NCBI GenBank assembly: GCA_037127695.1
Contig: JBAXXX010000003.1
Location: 20,687-84,686, forward strand
From: Verrucomicrobiia bacterium
GTDB lineage: Bacteria > Verrucomicrobiota > Verrucomicrobiia > Chthoniobacterales > Terrimicrobiaceae
Direction: 5' to 3'
DNA length: 64,000 nt
The notes below the pieces were generated by a model that was not told where the DNA came from, did not search any database, and saw only the letters and a list, made by a program, of their open reading frames with translations. Positions 18,081 through 27,532 of this stretch are shown here, piece after piece (within the stretch, counting starts at the first letter, position 1; each line of letters starts with the position of its first letter). The translations under genes and the position numbers were made by a program.

Positions 18081-19589
18081 CTACTTGTGCGTCGCGAGAT
18101 AGATCGTCACTCCGGCGATGACGAGGATGCCTAGCGCGGCATACATTAGGACGAGCGTCTGGTCGTTGAGCAAATTCCCGGACCCCATGCGCGACCGCTG
18201 GTCGCGAGCTCCGCGGATCCTTCCCTTGCGAAGAAATCCGTCATAATGGCGCTGCAAGAGATGGGTTTCGACCTGCCTCATTGTATCGAGCACAACCCCG
18301 ACGATGATCAGGAGACCGGTCCCGCCAAAGAACTGCGCTGTCATGTAGGGAACTTTGAGCCACTGGGTCAACATCTGCGGGAGGACGGCAATGATCGTGA
18401 GGAATGCCGCCCCGGCAAAAGTCAGCCGGGTCATCGTATAGTCAAGAAAATCTGCCGTCGGCTTGCCGGGGCGAACCCCCGGGATGAACCCGCCGTATTT
18501 TTTCAGGTCGTCCGCAATCTGCACCGGCTGGAACTGGGTGGCGACCCAGAAGTAGCTGAAAAAGAAAATCATGACGGCGTAGAACGCGTAATGCAGCCAT
18601 CCGTTCATGAGCATGCTTGAGAGTTCCTGCGCCCAGCGCTGTCCTGGAAACGCCATGTTAAAGATGGTGGATGGAAAGAGGAGGATCGCCTGGGCAAAAA
18701 TGATCGGCATGACGCCCGCGTAATTGATCTTCAGCGGCATGTACTGGGTTTGCCCGCCATAGACCTTGCGGCCGACGACGCGCTTGGCATATTGGATGCT
18801 GATCTTCCGTTGCGCCTGCGTCACCGCGATGACGGCCGCAATCACAAAAACCAAAAACGCGACCATCAGGACAAGAACGACCGGGCTGACCGTCGACTGG
18901 GCGCCGACGGCTGCCGGGACAAAAGTTCTCCAGGCCTGGATGAGCCCACCAGGAAGCTGTGCCAGAATGCCGATCGTGATGATGAGAGAAACGCCATTGC
19001 CGATTCCGCGCTCGGTGATCTGGTCGCCGATCCACATGAGGAACATCGTGCCGGCGGTCATCGTGAGGATCGTGGTGAACTGGAAGCCGAATCCGGGGGC
19101 TGTCACCAAGCTCAAACCGAGCTTGTTGATCGTCTCCATGATGTTCGGCAGAAAAGGGTTGTTCTGTGGGCTCTCAAAGGAACGGGCCAGCAGGTAGGCT
19201 TGAAAAATGCAGAGCCCGATCGTGGCATACCGGGTATACTGCATGATTTTCTGGCGTCCGCCGTCCTCGCGGGAGAGCTTCCCGAGCTGCGGGATCACTG
19301 CGGTCAGAAGCTGCAGCATGATCGAGGCGCTGATGAACGGCATCACCCCAAGAGAAAAAATCGCGCAGTTGGAGAGCGCGCCGCCGCTGAACAGGTTGAA
19401 CAGCGCGGCCACCCCGCCCGCCGAGGACGCATCCGCACGATCTAAAAACCACTGGCGAAGAACCGCCGCATTAACGCCAGGGGACGTGATCGCCGAACCG
19501 GCACGGATGACCACGATCATCGCCATCGCGAACAGCACGCGCGCGCGCAGCTCCGGGATTTTAAAGATGTTGGCGAAGGCTGCGATCAT
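18081..19589 (-). CDS. secY: preprotein translocase subunit SecY (with C-terminal extra TM segment)
   Basis: 502-aa polytopic protein with a canonical SecY N-terminus and the canonical end ...HLLQRHYDGFLRKGRIRG. This is followed by ~42 additional residues containing a hydrophobic helix. Confidence 0.95.
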   Translation of the reverse strand: MIAAFANIFKIPELRARVLFAMAMIVVIRAGSAITSPGVNAAVLRQWFLDRADASSAGGVAALFNLFSGGALSNCAIFSLGVMPFISASIMLQLLTAVIPQLGKLSREDGGRQKIMQYTRYATIGLCIFQAYLLARSFESPQNNPFLPNIMETINKLGLSLVTAPGFGFQFTTILTMTAGTMFLMWIGDQITERGIGNGVSLIITIGILAQLPGGLIQAWRTFVPAAVGAQSTVSPVVLVLMVAFLVFVIAAVIAVTQAQRKISIQYAKRVVGRKVYGGQTQYMPLKINYAGVMPIIFAQAILLFPSTIFNMAFPGQRWAQELSSMLMNGWLHYAFYAVMIFFFSYFWVATQFQPVQIADDLKKYGGFIPGVRPGKPTADFLDYTMTRLTFAGAAFLTIIAVLPQMLTQWLKVPYMTAQFFGGTGLLIIVGVVLDTMRQVETHLLQRHYDGFLRKGRIRGARDQRSRMGSGNLLNDQTLVLMYAALGILVIAGVTIYLATHK

Positions 19590-19595
19590 GCCGCC

Positions 19596-20060
19596 TTATT
19601 TCACGCAGTCCGTTTTGGGGATCTCGACGGTTCCTCCGGCTTTTTCGATCTTTGCTCGCGCGCTGGCGCTGACCTCGTCCACCAAAACGTTGAGCGCCTT
19701 GGTGATCTCCCCACGCCCGAGGATTTTGACCCCATCGAACCGGCCATTGACGAGCCCAGCCCGGCGAAGCGAATCCTCCGTAACGGAATCTCCGGCGGAA
19801 AACGTCTTCTCCAGCGAGTCGAGGTTCACGACCCCATAGACGGTTTTAAAGGCGGCGTTGTTGAACCCGCGCTTCGGAAGCCGGCGGAAGAGGGGCATCT
19901 GGCCGCCCTCGAAGCTTGGGCGGATCGAACCGCCCGAGCGGGCCTTCTGTCCCTTGTGGCCCTTGCCGGACGTCTTGCCTTTTCCAGAGCTTTCGCCGAT
20001 GCCGAGGCGCTTGCGGCGGTGCTTGGCACCGGGATTGGGTTTCAGATCGTGGAGTCTCAT
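19596..20060 (-). CDS. rplO: 50S ribosomal protein L15 (uL15)
   Basis: MRLHDLKPNPGAKHRRKRLGIG...GKGHKGQKARSGG. Confidence 0.93.
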   Translation of the reverse strand: MRLHDLKPNPGAKHRRKRLGIGESSGKGKTSGKGHKGQKARSGGSIRPSFEGGQMPLFRRLPKRGFNNAAFKTVYGVVNLDSLEKTFSAGDSVTEDSLRRAGLVNGRFDGVKILGRGEITKALNVLVDEVSASARAKIEKAGGTVEIPKTDCVK

Positions 20061-20095
20061 GGGATCAGGCGGTATTAAATCAGGCGGATATTCAA

Positions 20096-20644
20096 TCAGG
20101 CAAGGGCTGGCTCGGCAGCGGCGACCTTCACCGTCTTGCCGCGCAGGCGGAAAATGTCTTCTTTTTTACGGAGCTGGGTCAGCGCGGCAATCGTCGCGTG
20201 GACGACGTTCGCATGGTTGCTGGATCCGAGGGATTTTGCGAGGACGTCCCGGATGCCGACCGCCTCGATGACCGCACGCACCCCGCCGCCTGCGATCACT
20301 CCGGTTCCCGGTGAGGCCGGACGCAACAGGACTCGCCCGCCGCCGAATTCGCCGATAACCATGTGAGGGATCGTGTTCTCGTGCACAGCGATTTTGACCA
20401 TGTGCTTCTTCGACGCATCGGTCGCCTTGCGGATCGCTTCGCTCACCTCGTTTGCCTTGCCGAAGCCGACCCCGACCTTTCCCTTGCGGTCGCCGCAGAC
20501 GATCAGAGCGCTGAAGCTGAACCGGCGCCCGCCTTTGACGACTTTGGCGCATCGATTGATGAACACGACTTTCTCCGTCGTCTCCTTGGGCTCGCTGGGG
20601 GAATCCGAGCGTGAATTTCTTCTATCTCTAGGTTTCGGAGGCAT
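20096..20644 (-). CDS. rpsE: 30S ribosomal protein S5 (uS5)
   Basis: uS5 core ([24 protein letters not shown]...GTGVIAGG). Confidence 0.95.
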   Translation of the reverse strand: MPPKPRDRRNSRSDSPSEPKETTEKVVFINRCAKVVKGGRRFSFSALIVCGDRKGKVGVGFGKANEVSEAIRKATDASKKHMVKIAVHENTIPHMVIGEFGGGRVLLRPASPGTGVIAGGGVRAVIEAVGIRDVLAKSLGSSNHANVVHATIAALTQLRKKEDIFRLRGKTVKVAAAEPALA

Positions 20645-20653
20645 GATGTTTTA

Positions 20654-21010
20654 TTAGAATTCGAATCCGCCTTCGCGGGCGGCATCGGCAAGAGCTTTGA
20701 CCTTGCCGTGATATTGAAATCCGCCACGATCAAAAACGACCTTGGAGATATTTTTGGATGCGGCGCGCTCGGCGATGAGCTTGCCGACCTTCTGGGCGGT
20801 GGCGACATTCGCTCCGGTCTTGGCTGCCGAGCGGAGATCCGCCTCTGTGGTATTGACCGAGACGAGGGTCGTGCCGTTTTCATCGTTGATGACCTGCGCG
20901 GTAATGTGGCGGCCGGAGAAATGCACGGCGAGCCTCGGGCGCTCGGCCGACCCGGAGAGCTTTTTGCGCAGGCGTGTGTGGCGGTGTTTGCGTTTGTCTG
21001 TTGCGGACAT
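20654..21010 (-). CDS. rplR: 50S ribosomal protein L18 (uL18)
   Basis: [32 protein letters not shown] and the C-terminal [26 protein letters not shown]. Confidence 0.95.
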   Translation of the reverse strand: MSATDKRKHRHTRLRKKLSGSAERPRLAVHFSGRHITAQVINDENGTTLVSVNTTEADLRSAAKTGANVATAQKVGKLIAERAASKNISKVVFDRGGFQYHGKVKALADAAREGGFEF

Positions 21011-21013
21011 GGT

Positions 21014-21553
21014 TTATTGGACGGTTTTGCCTTCTTTGCGGCGGATTTGTTCGCCGACGAAACGCACACCCTTGCCCTTGTAGGGCTCCGGCGGGTAGAA
21101 GGCGCGAATATCGGCAGCAGCCTGGCCGACGAGATGGTTGTCAATGCCCTCGATCGTAATTTTCGTGTTGTCAGCGACAGTGATTTTGATCTGCTCAGGA
21201 ATCTCAAAGATGATCGGATGCGACTTCCCAAGGCTGAGGTTCAGATTTTTTCCCTGGACGATAGCCTTGAAGCCCACGCCCTGGATTTCCAATTCCCGCT
21301 TGAACCCTTCGCTGACCCCAGTGACCATATTGGCCACCAATGCCCGGGACAGGCCATGCAGGGCCTTGACCGGACGGGACTCCCCATTGCGGCTGAATGC
21401 CACCTCGGAGCCATCCACCGCCGCCTTGATCTGCGCAGGGAGCGTCCAATCGAGCTTCCCCTTGGGACCCTCCACCGAGACCGCCCCCGAGCCGGAGATC
21501 GTGACCTTGACCTTCGCGGGAAGGTTGATTTTTTTGTTGCCGATTCGTGACAT
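21014..21553 (-). CDS. rplF: 50S ribosomal protein L6 (uL6)
   Basis: MSRIGNKKINLPAKVKV... and 179 aa, in the conserved position. Confidence 0.95.
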   Translation of the reverse strand: MSRIGNKKINLPAKVKVTISGSGAVSVEGPKGKLDWTLPAQIKAAVDGSEVAFSRNGESRPVKALHGLSRALVANMVTGVSEGFKRELEIQGVGFKAIVQGKNLNLSLGKSHPIIFEIPEQIKITVADNTKITIEGIDNHLVGQAAADIRAFYPPEPYKGKGVRFVGEQIRRKEGKTVQ

Positions 21554-21555
21554 GG

Positions 21556-21945
21556 TTACCAGATGTAGGCGAGCAATTCGCCGCCGACGTTTTGTTTGCG
21601 CGCCTCGTGGCCGGAGAGGACCCCGCGTGAAGTCGAGAGCACGGCGATGCCCATGCCGCCGAGAACACGGGGGATTTCCCCGGCTCCCACATAGCGTCGA
21701 AGGCCAGGACGGCTCACGCGTTTGAGCCCGGTGATAGCGCTGGTTTTGTTAAGGGATTTCGTACGGATTTTGAGCTGCGGATGCTTCCCGGCGGTATCCA
21801 GCTCGTAATCGCAGATGTAGCCTTCCTTTTTGAGGATTTTTGCAACTTCGCTCTTGAGCTTCGAATACGGCATCGAGAGTTCGGATTTGCTGGATCCGGC
21901 GGCGTTGCGCAGTCGGGTCAGCATGTCGGCGATGGGATCATTCAT
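21556..21945 (-). CDS. rpsH: 30S ribosomal protein S8 (uS8)
   Basis: MNDPIADMLTRLRNA N-terminus and 129 aa. Confidence 0.95.
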   Translation of the reverse strand: MNDPIADMLTRLRNAAGSSKSELSMPYSKLKSEVAKILKKEGYICDYELDTAGKHPQLKIRTKSLNKTSAITGLKRVSRPGLRRYVGAGEIPRVLGGMGIAVLSTSRGVLSGHEARKQNVGGELLAYIW

Positions 21946-21958
21946 GGAGTTTGGTTCC

Positions 21959-22543
21959 TCAGGCGTCGGACTTGGCCGGAGCCAGCTTCTTGGCTTTGTC
22001 AGCGAACGGCATGCCGAGCTCGCTCAGGAGGGACTTTGCCTCCTCGTTGGTTTTTGCAGTGGTGACGATCGTCACGTCGAACCCGATGTTCCGCTTGATG
22101 CGGTCGAGCTCGATCTCAGGAAAAATGGACTGGTCGGAGACCCCGAGCGTGTAGTTTCCATTCCCGTCAAACGCCCGGGTCGAGACGCCGCGAAAATCGC
22201 GGATGCGCGGCAGCGCAGTCTTAATCAGTCGCTCCAAAAACTCATACATGATGCGCCCCCTGAGCGTGACCTTCGCTCCGATCGCCTGGTTTTCACGAAG
22301 CTTGAAGTTGGAGATCGCCTTTTTCGAGGACGTGGTGGCGGGCTTCTGCCCGGTGATTGTCGCGAGATCGGCTTTGGCGACCTCGAGCGCATCCTTGACG
22401 TCAGACGAGGATCCCACGCAGGTGTTGATGACCACCTTCGAAACCTTCGGGATCTGGTTCACGTTCGTATAGCCGTGCTTTTCTCGAAGCGCCGGCAGAA
22501 CGCGGGTCTTGTATTCAGTAAGGAGTTCGGGTTCCTGGTTCAT
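21959..22543 (-). CDS. rplE: 50S ribosomal protein L5 (uL5)
   Basis: 194 aa with the uL5 core (VVINTCVG...ISNFKLRENQAIGAKVTLRG) and a short Lys/Ala-rich C-terminal tail. Confidence 0.95.
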   Translation of the reverse strand: MNQEPELLTEYKTRVLPALREKHGYTNVNQIPKVSKVVINTCVGSSSDVKDALEVAKADLATITGQKPATTSSKKAISNFKLRENQAIGAKVTLRGRIMYEFLERLIKTALPRIRDFRGVSTRAFDGNGNYTLGVSDQSIFPEIELDRIKRNIGFDVTIVTTAKTNEEAKSLLSELGMPFADKAKKLAPAKSDA

Positions 22544-22818
22544 GGCTTAGGCTGCCTTTTTTTGTCCGGTTTGTCAGATGCGGCCTTCTCGAGCATCTTG
22601 ACGTTCGAAATGTGGATGGGACCTTCGCGCTGGATGATCGCGCCATTCGGCTGGTCCTGGGATTTTTTCTGGTGCTTTTTGATCATGCGGACGCCCTCGA
22701 CGATCACCTGGCTCTTCGCCGCGATGACCTGAAGGATCTTGCCGGAGGCACCTTTGTGGTTTCCGGAGATCACCTGGACGGTATCCCCGTGGCGAACATG
22801 GAATTGGGGCCTGCTCAT
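22540..22818 (-). CDS. rplX: 50S ribosomal protein L24 (uL24)
   Basis: KOW motif [18 protein letters not shown] and 92 aa. Confidence 0.93.
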   Translation of the reverse strand: MSRPQFHVRHGDTVQVISGNHKGASGKILQVIAAKSQVIVEGVRMIKKHQKKSQDQPNGAIIQREGPIHISNVKMLEKAASDKPDKKRQPKP

Positions 22819-23180
22819 AGAACCTCCGGGGCAAGCGAGATGATTTTCATGAAATTCTTTTCCCGGAGCTCGCGGGCGACCGGACCGAAGATGCGTGTTC
22901 CGCGAGGGTTCATATCCTTGTCGATGATGACGATCGCGTTGTTGTCAAACCGGAGGCAAGATCCGTCCTCGCGGCGGACCGGCTGCCTGGTGCGCACGAC
23001 GACAGCGCGGACGACATCGCCCTTTTTGACGGTGCCGCCGGAGGCAGCTTCCTTCACATTGGCGGTGATGATATCGCCGATGCGTGCGACGGGCGATGCC
23101 TTGCCGATGACGCCGATCATCGTGGCCATACGTGCGCCGGTGTTATCGGCCACGTCAATGCGGGAGCGGAGTTGGATCAT
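22815..23180 (-). CDS. rplN: 50S ribosomal protein L14 (uL14)
   Basis: [18 protein letters not shown]-terminus and 121 aa. Confidence 0.95.
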   Translation of the reverse strand: MIQLRSRIDVADNTGARMATMIGVIGKASPVARIGDIITANVKEAASGGTVKKGDVVRAVVVRTRQPVRREDGSCLRFDNNAIVIIDKDMNPRGTRIFGPVARELREKNFMKIISLAPEVL

Positions 23181-23181
23181 G

Positions 23182-23469
23182 TCAGTGTTTGAGAATTTCG
23201 ACCAGGCGCCAGCGCTTCAGGCGGCTGAGCGGTCGGGTTTCCTTGATGCTCACGCGGTCGCCGACTTTGGCCTCGTTCTTCTCGTCGTGGGCATGAAATT
23301 TCGTAATGTGCTTGGTGATCTTGCCGAACTTCGGATGGGGCACGCGCGTGACCGTGCGGACGACGATCGTCTTGTCCATTTTGTCCGAGACGACCTCGCC
23401 GACGCGAGTTTTGCGAAGGGCGCGGGCGCGCTTGGCCGGCGGTTCAGGAGTGGTAAGGGTTTCGCTCAT
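23182..23469 (-). CDS. rpsQ: 30S ribosomal protein S17 (uS17)
   Basis: [14 protein letters not shown]...HPKFGK...[25 protein letters not shown]. Confidence 0.93.
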   Translation of the reverse strand: MSETLTTPEPPAKRARALRKTRVGEVVSDKMDKTIVVRTVTRVPHPKFGKITKHITKFHAHDEKNEAKVGDRVSIKETRPLSRLKRWRLVEILKH

Positions 23470-23673
23470 TTACTTTGCGGATGTTGCCCGTGTCTTCTGG
23501 CTGAGAACGGTTTCGATTCTGGCGATGTTGCGGCGGAGGGCGTGGAGCATGTGCGGCTTTTCAAGCTGCCCGCTCTGCTGCTGGATCCGCAGGTTGAATG
23601 CCTCCTCGCGAAGCTCCCGCTTGCGGGAGAGGAGTTCTTTGGCGGTGAGTTCTTTAATGTCGGCAATTTTCAT
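23470..23673 (-). CDS. rpmC: 50S ribosomal protein L29 (uL29)
   Basis: 67-aa helical protein (LREEAFNLRIQQQSGQLEKPHML...) in the conserved position between L16 and S17. Confidence 0.9.
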   Translation of the reverse strand: MKIADIKELTAKELLSRKRELREEAFNLRIQQQSGQLEKPHMLHALRRNIARIETVLSQKTRATSAK

Positions 23674-23682
23674 GGCAGGGAA

Positions 23683-24102
23683 TCAACCGGCGTGGTGGCG
23701 CGCGATGAACCGGGTGCGAACCGGCAATTTGTTTGCCGCGAGGCGCAGGGACTCACGTGCGACGGTTTCCGAAACGCCGTCGAGCTCGAACAGGATGTTC
23801 CCAGGGCGAACCACCGCCACCCAGTACTCCGGCTGCCCTTTTCCTTTACCCATTCGGGTTTCCGGCGGGCGAGCGGTCACTGACTTGTCGGGAAAAATCC
23901 GGATCCAGAGCTTCCCCTTGCGCTTCATGTTGCGGGTGAGAGCCACGCGGGCGGCCTCGATTTGCGTGTTCGTGATCCAGGCGCGCTCGAGCGTCTGAAG
24001 CCCGAATTCTCCAAAATCAATACGGATATTGCGCGAAGCAATTCCCTTGCGGCTTCCCCGCTGGGTTTTGCGATACTTCACGCGTTTTGGCATCAATGGC
24101 AT
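23683..24102 (-). CDS. rplP: 50S ribosomal protein L16 (uL16)
   Basis: [21 protein letters not shown]-terminus and 139 aa. Confidence 0.95.
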   Translation of the reverse strand: MPLMPKRVKYRKTQRGSRKGIASRNIRIDFGEFGLQTLERAWITNTQIEAARVALTRNMKRKGKLWIRIFPDKSVTARPPETRMGKGKGQPEYWVAVVRPGNILFELDGVSETVARESLRLAANKLPVRTRFIARHHAG

Positions 24103-24134
24103 GTCAGTTTCCTTTTAAAATGGGTTGGTTAGGA

Positions 24135-24830
24135 TCAGGCGGCGGCCTCTGCGGCTACTTTTTGCTCGGCCCTGCGTGGGGGATCGACCTTGGCGGGTTC
24201 TGCCTCCTCCTGCTTTTTGCAAATCCAGCACTTGATGCCGATCCTTCCGGCAACGGTCACGGCTTCGGTGAAGCCGTAGTCAATCGGAGTGCGCAGGGTG
24301 TGGAGAGACACTTTCCCGGCCCTCTGCCACTCGGTGCGTGCGATTTCCGCGCCGCCCAAGCGGCCGGATGCACGGATCTTGATTCCCAAGGCCCCTTGCT
24401 CCATGGAGATCTGGACAGCGCGCTTCATGGCGCGCCGGAAAGAGATCCTGCGCTCGAGCTGGGAGGCCACGTTCTCCGCGACAAGCTGCGCATCGAGATC
24501 GGGGCTTTTAATTTCCACGATGTCAATTTTCACCTGTTTTCCAGATGCCAGATCGCTGATCTCTTTGGTGAGGTTTTCGATTTCTGAGCCCCTGCGGCCG
24601 ATGACAACACCCGGGCGGGCGGTGTGGATGGTTACACGCAAGGAGTTCCATGCGCGCTCGATAACGATGCGCGCGACGGCGGCCTGCTTCAGCTTCTTCT
24701 TCAGAGCCTCACGGATCTTTGTGTCGGCGAGAAGGTAGTCGGCGAAGTCTTTTCTGGAAGCGTACCACCGCGAACCCCAGTCACGGTTGATGGGGAGGCG
24801 AAATCCGATCGGGTTGACTTTTTGTCCCAT
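24135..24830 (-). CDS. rpsC: 30S ribosomal protein S3 (uS3)
   Basis: [13 protein letters not shown]-terminus and a KH domain, with a short Ala/Glu-rich C-terminal tail. Confidence 0.95.
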   Translation of the reverse strand: MGQKVNPIGFRLPINRDWGSRWYASRKDFADYLLADTKIREALKKKLKQAAVARIVIERAWNSLRVTIHTARPGVVIGRRGSEIENLTKEISDLASGKQVKIDIVEIKSPDLDAQLVAENVASQLERRISFRRAMKRAVQISMEQGALGIKIRASGRLGGAEIARTEWQRAGKVSLHTLRTPIDYGFTEAVTVAGRIGIKCWICKKQEEAEPAKVDPPRRAEQKVAAEAAA

Positions 24831-24833
24831 GAT

Positions 24834-25292
24834 TTAATCTTTGGAGTCCGCAGCAGGGGCGGAGGTTTCAGTGACGGTCTCGGCAGACGCCGGTTTGGCA
24901 GCCGGCTTTTTTGCCCGCGGCTTCTTGGTTTTTGCCGCAGGCTGGCGGCGTTTGATTTCCACCTCGTCCGTGAGGATGATTCGGATATGGCTGGTCCTCT
25001 TTCGGATGGGTCCGGCGCTCCCTCGGGCCTTCGGCTGAGAGCGTTTGAACGTCGGCCCCTCGCCAACGACAGCCTCCTTAACCACCAGGCTTGCGGGATT
25101 CAGATTGTTGTTGTTCTCCGCGTTGGCAATCGCGCTTTTCAAGGTCTTGATCACGAGCAGCGCTGCCTTCTTTGGAATAAAGCGAAGAAGGTCCAAGGCG
25201 TCCGTCGCCGGAAGGCCTTGGATCTCACGGGTCACCTCCCGGGCTTTAAAAGCCGAGATCCGTGCGAATCTGTAAATGGATTTTACCTGCAT
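24834..25292 (-). CDS. rplV: 50S ribosomal protein L22 (uL22) with Lys/Ala/Pro-rich C-terminal tail
   Basis: The uL22 core (ARISAFKAREV...AIANAENN...PIRKRTSHIRIIL) is followed by a ~40-aa basic low-complexity tail. Confidence 0.93.
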   Translation of the reverse strand: MQVKSIYRFARISAFKAREVTREIQGLPATDALDLLRFIPKKAALLVIKTLKSAIANAENNNNLNPASLVVKEAVVGEGPTFKRSQPKARGSAGPIRKRTSHIRIILTDEVEIKRRQPAAKTKKPRAKKPAAKPASAETVTETSAPAADSKD

Positions 25293-25313
25293 GTCGTTGT
25301 TTGTTAAAATTTT

Positions 25314-26099
25314 TTATTGTCTGGCATCCACCCGGAGGCGGTCGCCGGTTTTTGCCGGCACTTTTTCCGATTCGAGATTTTGAATAATAGCTCCGCAGAT
25401 CCTGTCCCTAACATCCACGACCCGTGCGGTTCCAATACGGCGGTTATCCCGCCAGATTTGGAATGGCATTCCAATTTTCACTCCGTGCTTGGCCCCGATG
25501 TTGGCGACCACAAGCGATAGGTCTTCCTTCAGATCCACGATCATGCCCTCCGAGAGCGTGGCCTCGAGGCTTTCGACTTTCCACGCATGCGGCGAGCCAA
25601 GAATCTCCCTGGTTTTTCGGAGCTCGGTCTCCACGGACATCCGGGCCTGGGGGCTGATCCCCTCGCTTGTTTTGATGAGGAGCTGGATACTCTCGGAGAG
25701 CCTGACCAGCCCGTTGACCGCGTCCTCATTCTGCTGCTTCAGCAGGCGGAGATCCCGGACGGCAGTGAGCAGCCGCTGCTCGATTTTTTCCGGCTCTTTT
25801 TCGAGGCCCGCCAGCCCGTAGGCGTCAAGTTTGAGGCGGAGGTCAGCTACCTGGCGCTTAAACACTTCTGCCTCGCTGTTGGCTATCCCTAGGGCTTCTG
25901 TCAGAGCTTTGATCGAAGCCCGTGCAAGCACGAGCCTCTCTGCCAGGCTTCCTGAGCCGGACTCATCGGGTGAGGGGACAGAAATTTCCTGTCCCAACTG
26001 CACATATTCAAAATCTGTCAAAGATCGGTTGTCCTTGGCCGGCGATCGGGAGATCGCCGTCAGGACCATGAGCGCTGCCGCCGTGGCGACAACTCTCAT
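25314..26099 (-). CDS. hypothetical secreted/anchored coiled-coil protein with C-terminal small beta-barrel-like module (non-ribosomal insert in the S10-type operon)
   Basis: 261-aa ORF on the operon strand, 4 nt after the rpsS stop and 21 nt before the rplV start. It has an N-terminal hydrophobic signal (MRVVATAAALMVLTAISRS). Its central part is Leu/Glu/Lys-rich and helical. Its C-terminus is VVANIGAKHGVKIGMPFQIWRDNRRIGTARVVDV...GDRLRV. Confidence 0.7.
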   Translation of the reverse strand: MRVVATAAALMVLTAISRSPAKDNRSLTDFEYVQLGQEISVPSPDESGSGSLAERLVLARASIKALTEALGIANSEAEVFKRQVADLRLKLDAYGLAGLEKEPEKIEQRLLTAVRDLRLLKQQNEDAVNGLVRLSESIQLLIKTSEGISPQARMSVETELRKTREILGSPHAWKVESLEATLSEGMIVDLKEDLSLVVANIGAKHGVKIGMPFQIWRDNRRIGTARVVDVRDRICGAIIQNLESEKVPAKTGDRLRVDARQ

Positions 26100-26103
26100 C
26101 TGG

Positions 26104-26382
26104 CTACTTGGTCACTTTTGCGGTGTGAGAACCGTGTTTCTTAAAGATGCGGGTCGGCGAAAACTCTCCGAGCTTGTGGCCTACCATGTTCTCGGTCACA
26201 AAAACCGGGATAAAAGTTTTTCCGTTGTGGACGTTGAACGTGTGCCCGACAAAATCTGGAGTGACCGTGCTGCGGCGGGACCAGGTCTTGATCGGTTTCT
26301 TAACTCCGGACTCGGTCATCCGGTCAATTTTATCGAGGAGCTTCCACTCGACAAACGGGCCTTTTTTCAGGGAACGTGACAT
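26104..26382 (-). CDS. rpsS: 30S ribosomal protein S19 (uS19)
   Basis: [17 protein letters not shown]-terminus and 92 aa. Confidence 0.95.
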   Translation of the reverse strand: MSRSLKKGPFVEWKLLDKIDRMTESGVKKPIKTWSRRSTVTPDFVGHTFNVHNGKTFIPVFVTENMVGHKLGEFSPTRIFKKHGSHTAKVTK

Positions 26383-26384
26383 GG

Positions 26385-27233
26385 TTAATTCTTGGCTTTT
26401 GCCTTGCAGCGCTGGACGATAAATCTGTCGCTCGGCTTATGTTTACGGCGGGTTTTGAATCCTTTGGCAAGCTGGCCCCACGGGGACATCGGGTGGTGGC
26501 GTCCGCCTCCGCCCTTGCTCTTGCCCTGGCCGCCACCCATCGGGTGATCCACAGGGTTCATGACCATTCCGCGGACGTGCGGACGGCGCCCGAGCCACCG
26601 TGTCCGCCCGGCCTTCCCAGCCGAGACGTTCATGTGGTCTGAGTTGCCGACGTGACCGAGAGTCGCAAAACAATTTTCGTTGATCCTGCGAATTTCTCCG
26701 GAGGCAAGCTTGACGAGCGCATAGCCGCCCTCGCGGTTTGCCAGGGTGGCGACAGACCCGGCGCTGCGGATGATTTGTCCGCCGCGGCCCGGGGTGAGCT
26801 CGACGTTGTGAATCGAGGAGCCGAGCGGGATGAACTTCAGCGGGAGGGCATTGCCAACCGATGGATCCACTTTTTGTCCGGCGCTCACCTTGTTTCCGAC
26901 GGCGAGCCCGCCAGGGGCAAGAATATAGGCTTTCTCGCCGTCTGGATATTGGAGAAGCGCGATCCGCGCGGACCGGTTCGGGTCGTATTCGATAGCCAGA
27001 ACCTCGGCGACCACGTCGCGCTTCGAGCGCTTGAAGTCGATGATCCGGTAGCGGCGCTTGTGTCCACCGCCGCGATGGCGCATGGTCATCCGCCCATGGT
27101 TGTTGCGGCCGCCTGTCTTTTTGAGCGGCTCGGTCAGTGCTTTCTCCGGCTTGTCCTTGGTGATCTCAGCAAAATCCGGGAGCGCCTTGAACCGGCTCGC
27201 GGGAGTGAGAGGTCTGAAAGTCTTGAGTGCCAT
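26385..27233 (-). CDS. rplB: 50S ribosomal protein L2 (uL2)
   Basis: 282 aa with GGGHKRRYR and [18 protein letters not shown] motifs. Confidence 0.95.
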   Translation of the reverse strand: MALKTFRPLTPASRFKALPDFAEITKDKPEKALTEPLKKTGGRNNHGRMTMRHRGGGHKRRYRIIDFKRSKRDVVAEVLAIEYDPNRSARIALLQYPDGEKAYILAPGGLAVGNKVSAGQKVDPSVGNALPLKFIPLGSSIHNVELTPGRGGQIIRSAGSVATLANREGGYALVKLASGEIRRINENCFATLGHVGNSDHMNVSAGKAGRTRWLGRRPHVRGMVMNPVDHPMGGGQGKSKGGGGRHHPMSPWGQLAKGFKTRRKHKPSDRFIVQRCKAKAKN

Positions 27234-27247
27234 GTTTGTTCCTTAGC

Positions 27248-27532
27248 TTAGACGAGGTCGAGCTTTTCGCCCTTCTTCAGCGTGACGATTGCCTTCTTCC
27301 AATGCGGGCGGCGGCCGAAGTCGGCCTTGCGCTCGCGCTTTTTCTTTCCGGCAAAATTTGCAGTGTTCACATCGAGAACCTTCTTTTTAAAGATGACTTC
27401 GATGGCGCGCTTGATCTGGAGCTTGTTGGCGGCCGGGCTGACGCGGAAGACGTATTTGTTAAACTTTTCCGATAGGAGGGTGGCCTTTTCGGTGAGGATG
27501 ACGGATTGAATATGGTCGTGGACTTCGTTCAT
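27248..27532 (-). CDS. rplW: 50S ribosomal protein L23 (uL23)
   Basis: 94 aa (ILTEKATLLSEKFNKYVFRV...) in the conserved position. Confidence 0.92.
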   Translation of the reverse strand: MNEVHDHIQSVILTEKATLLSEKFNKYVFRVSPAANKLQIKRAIEVIFKKKVLDVNTANFAGKKKRERKADFGRRPHWKKAIVTLKKGEKLDLV

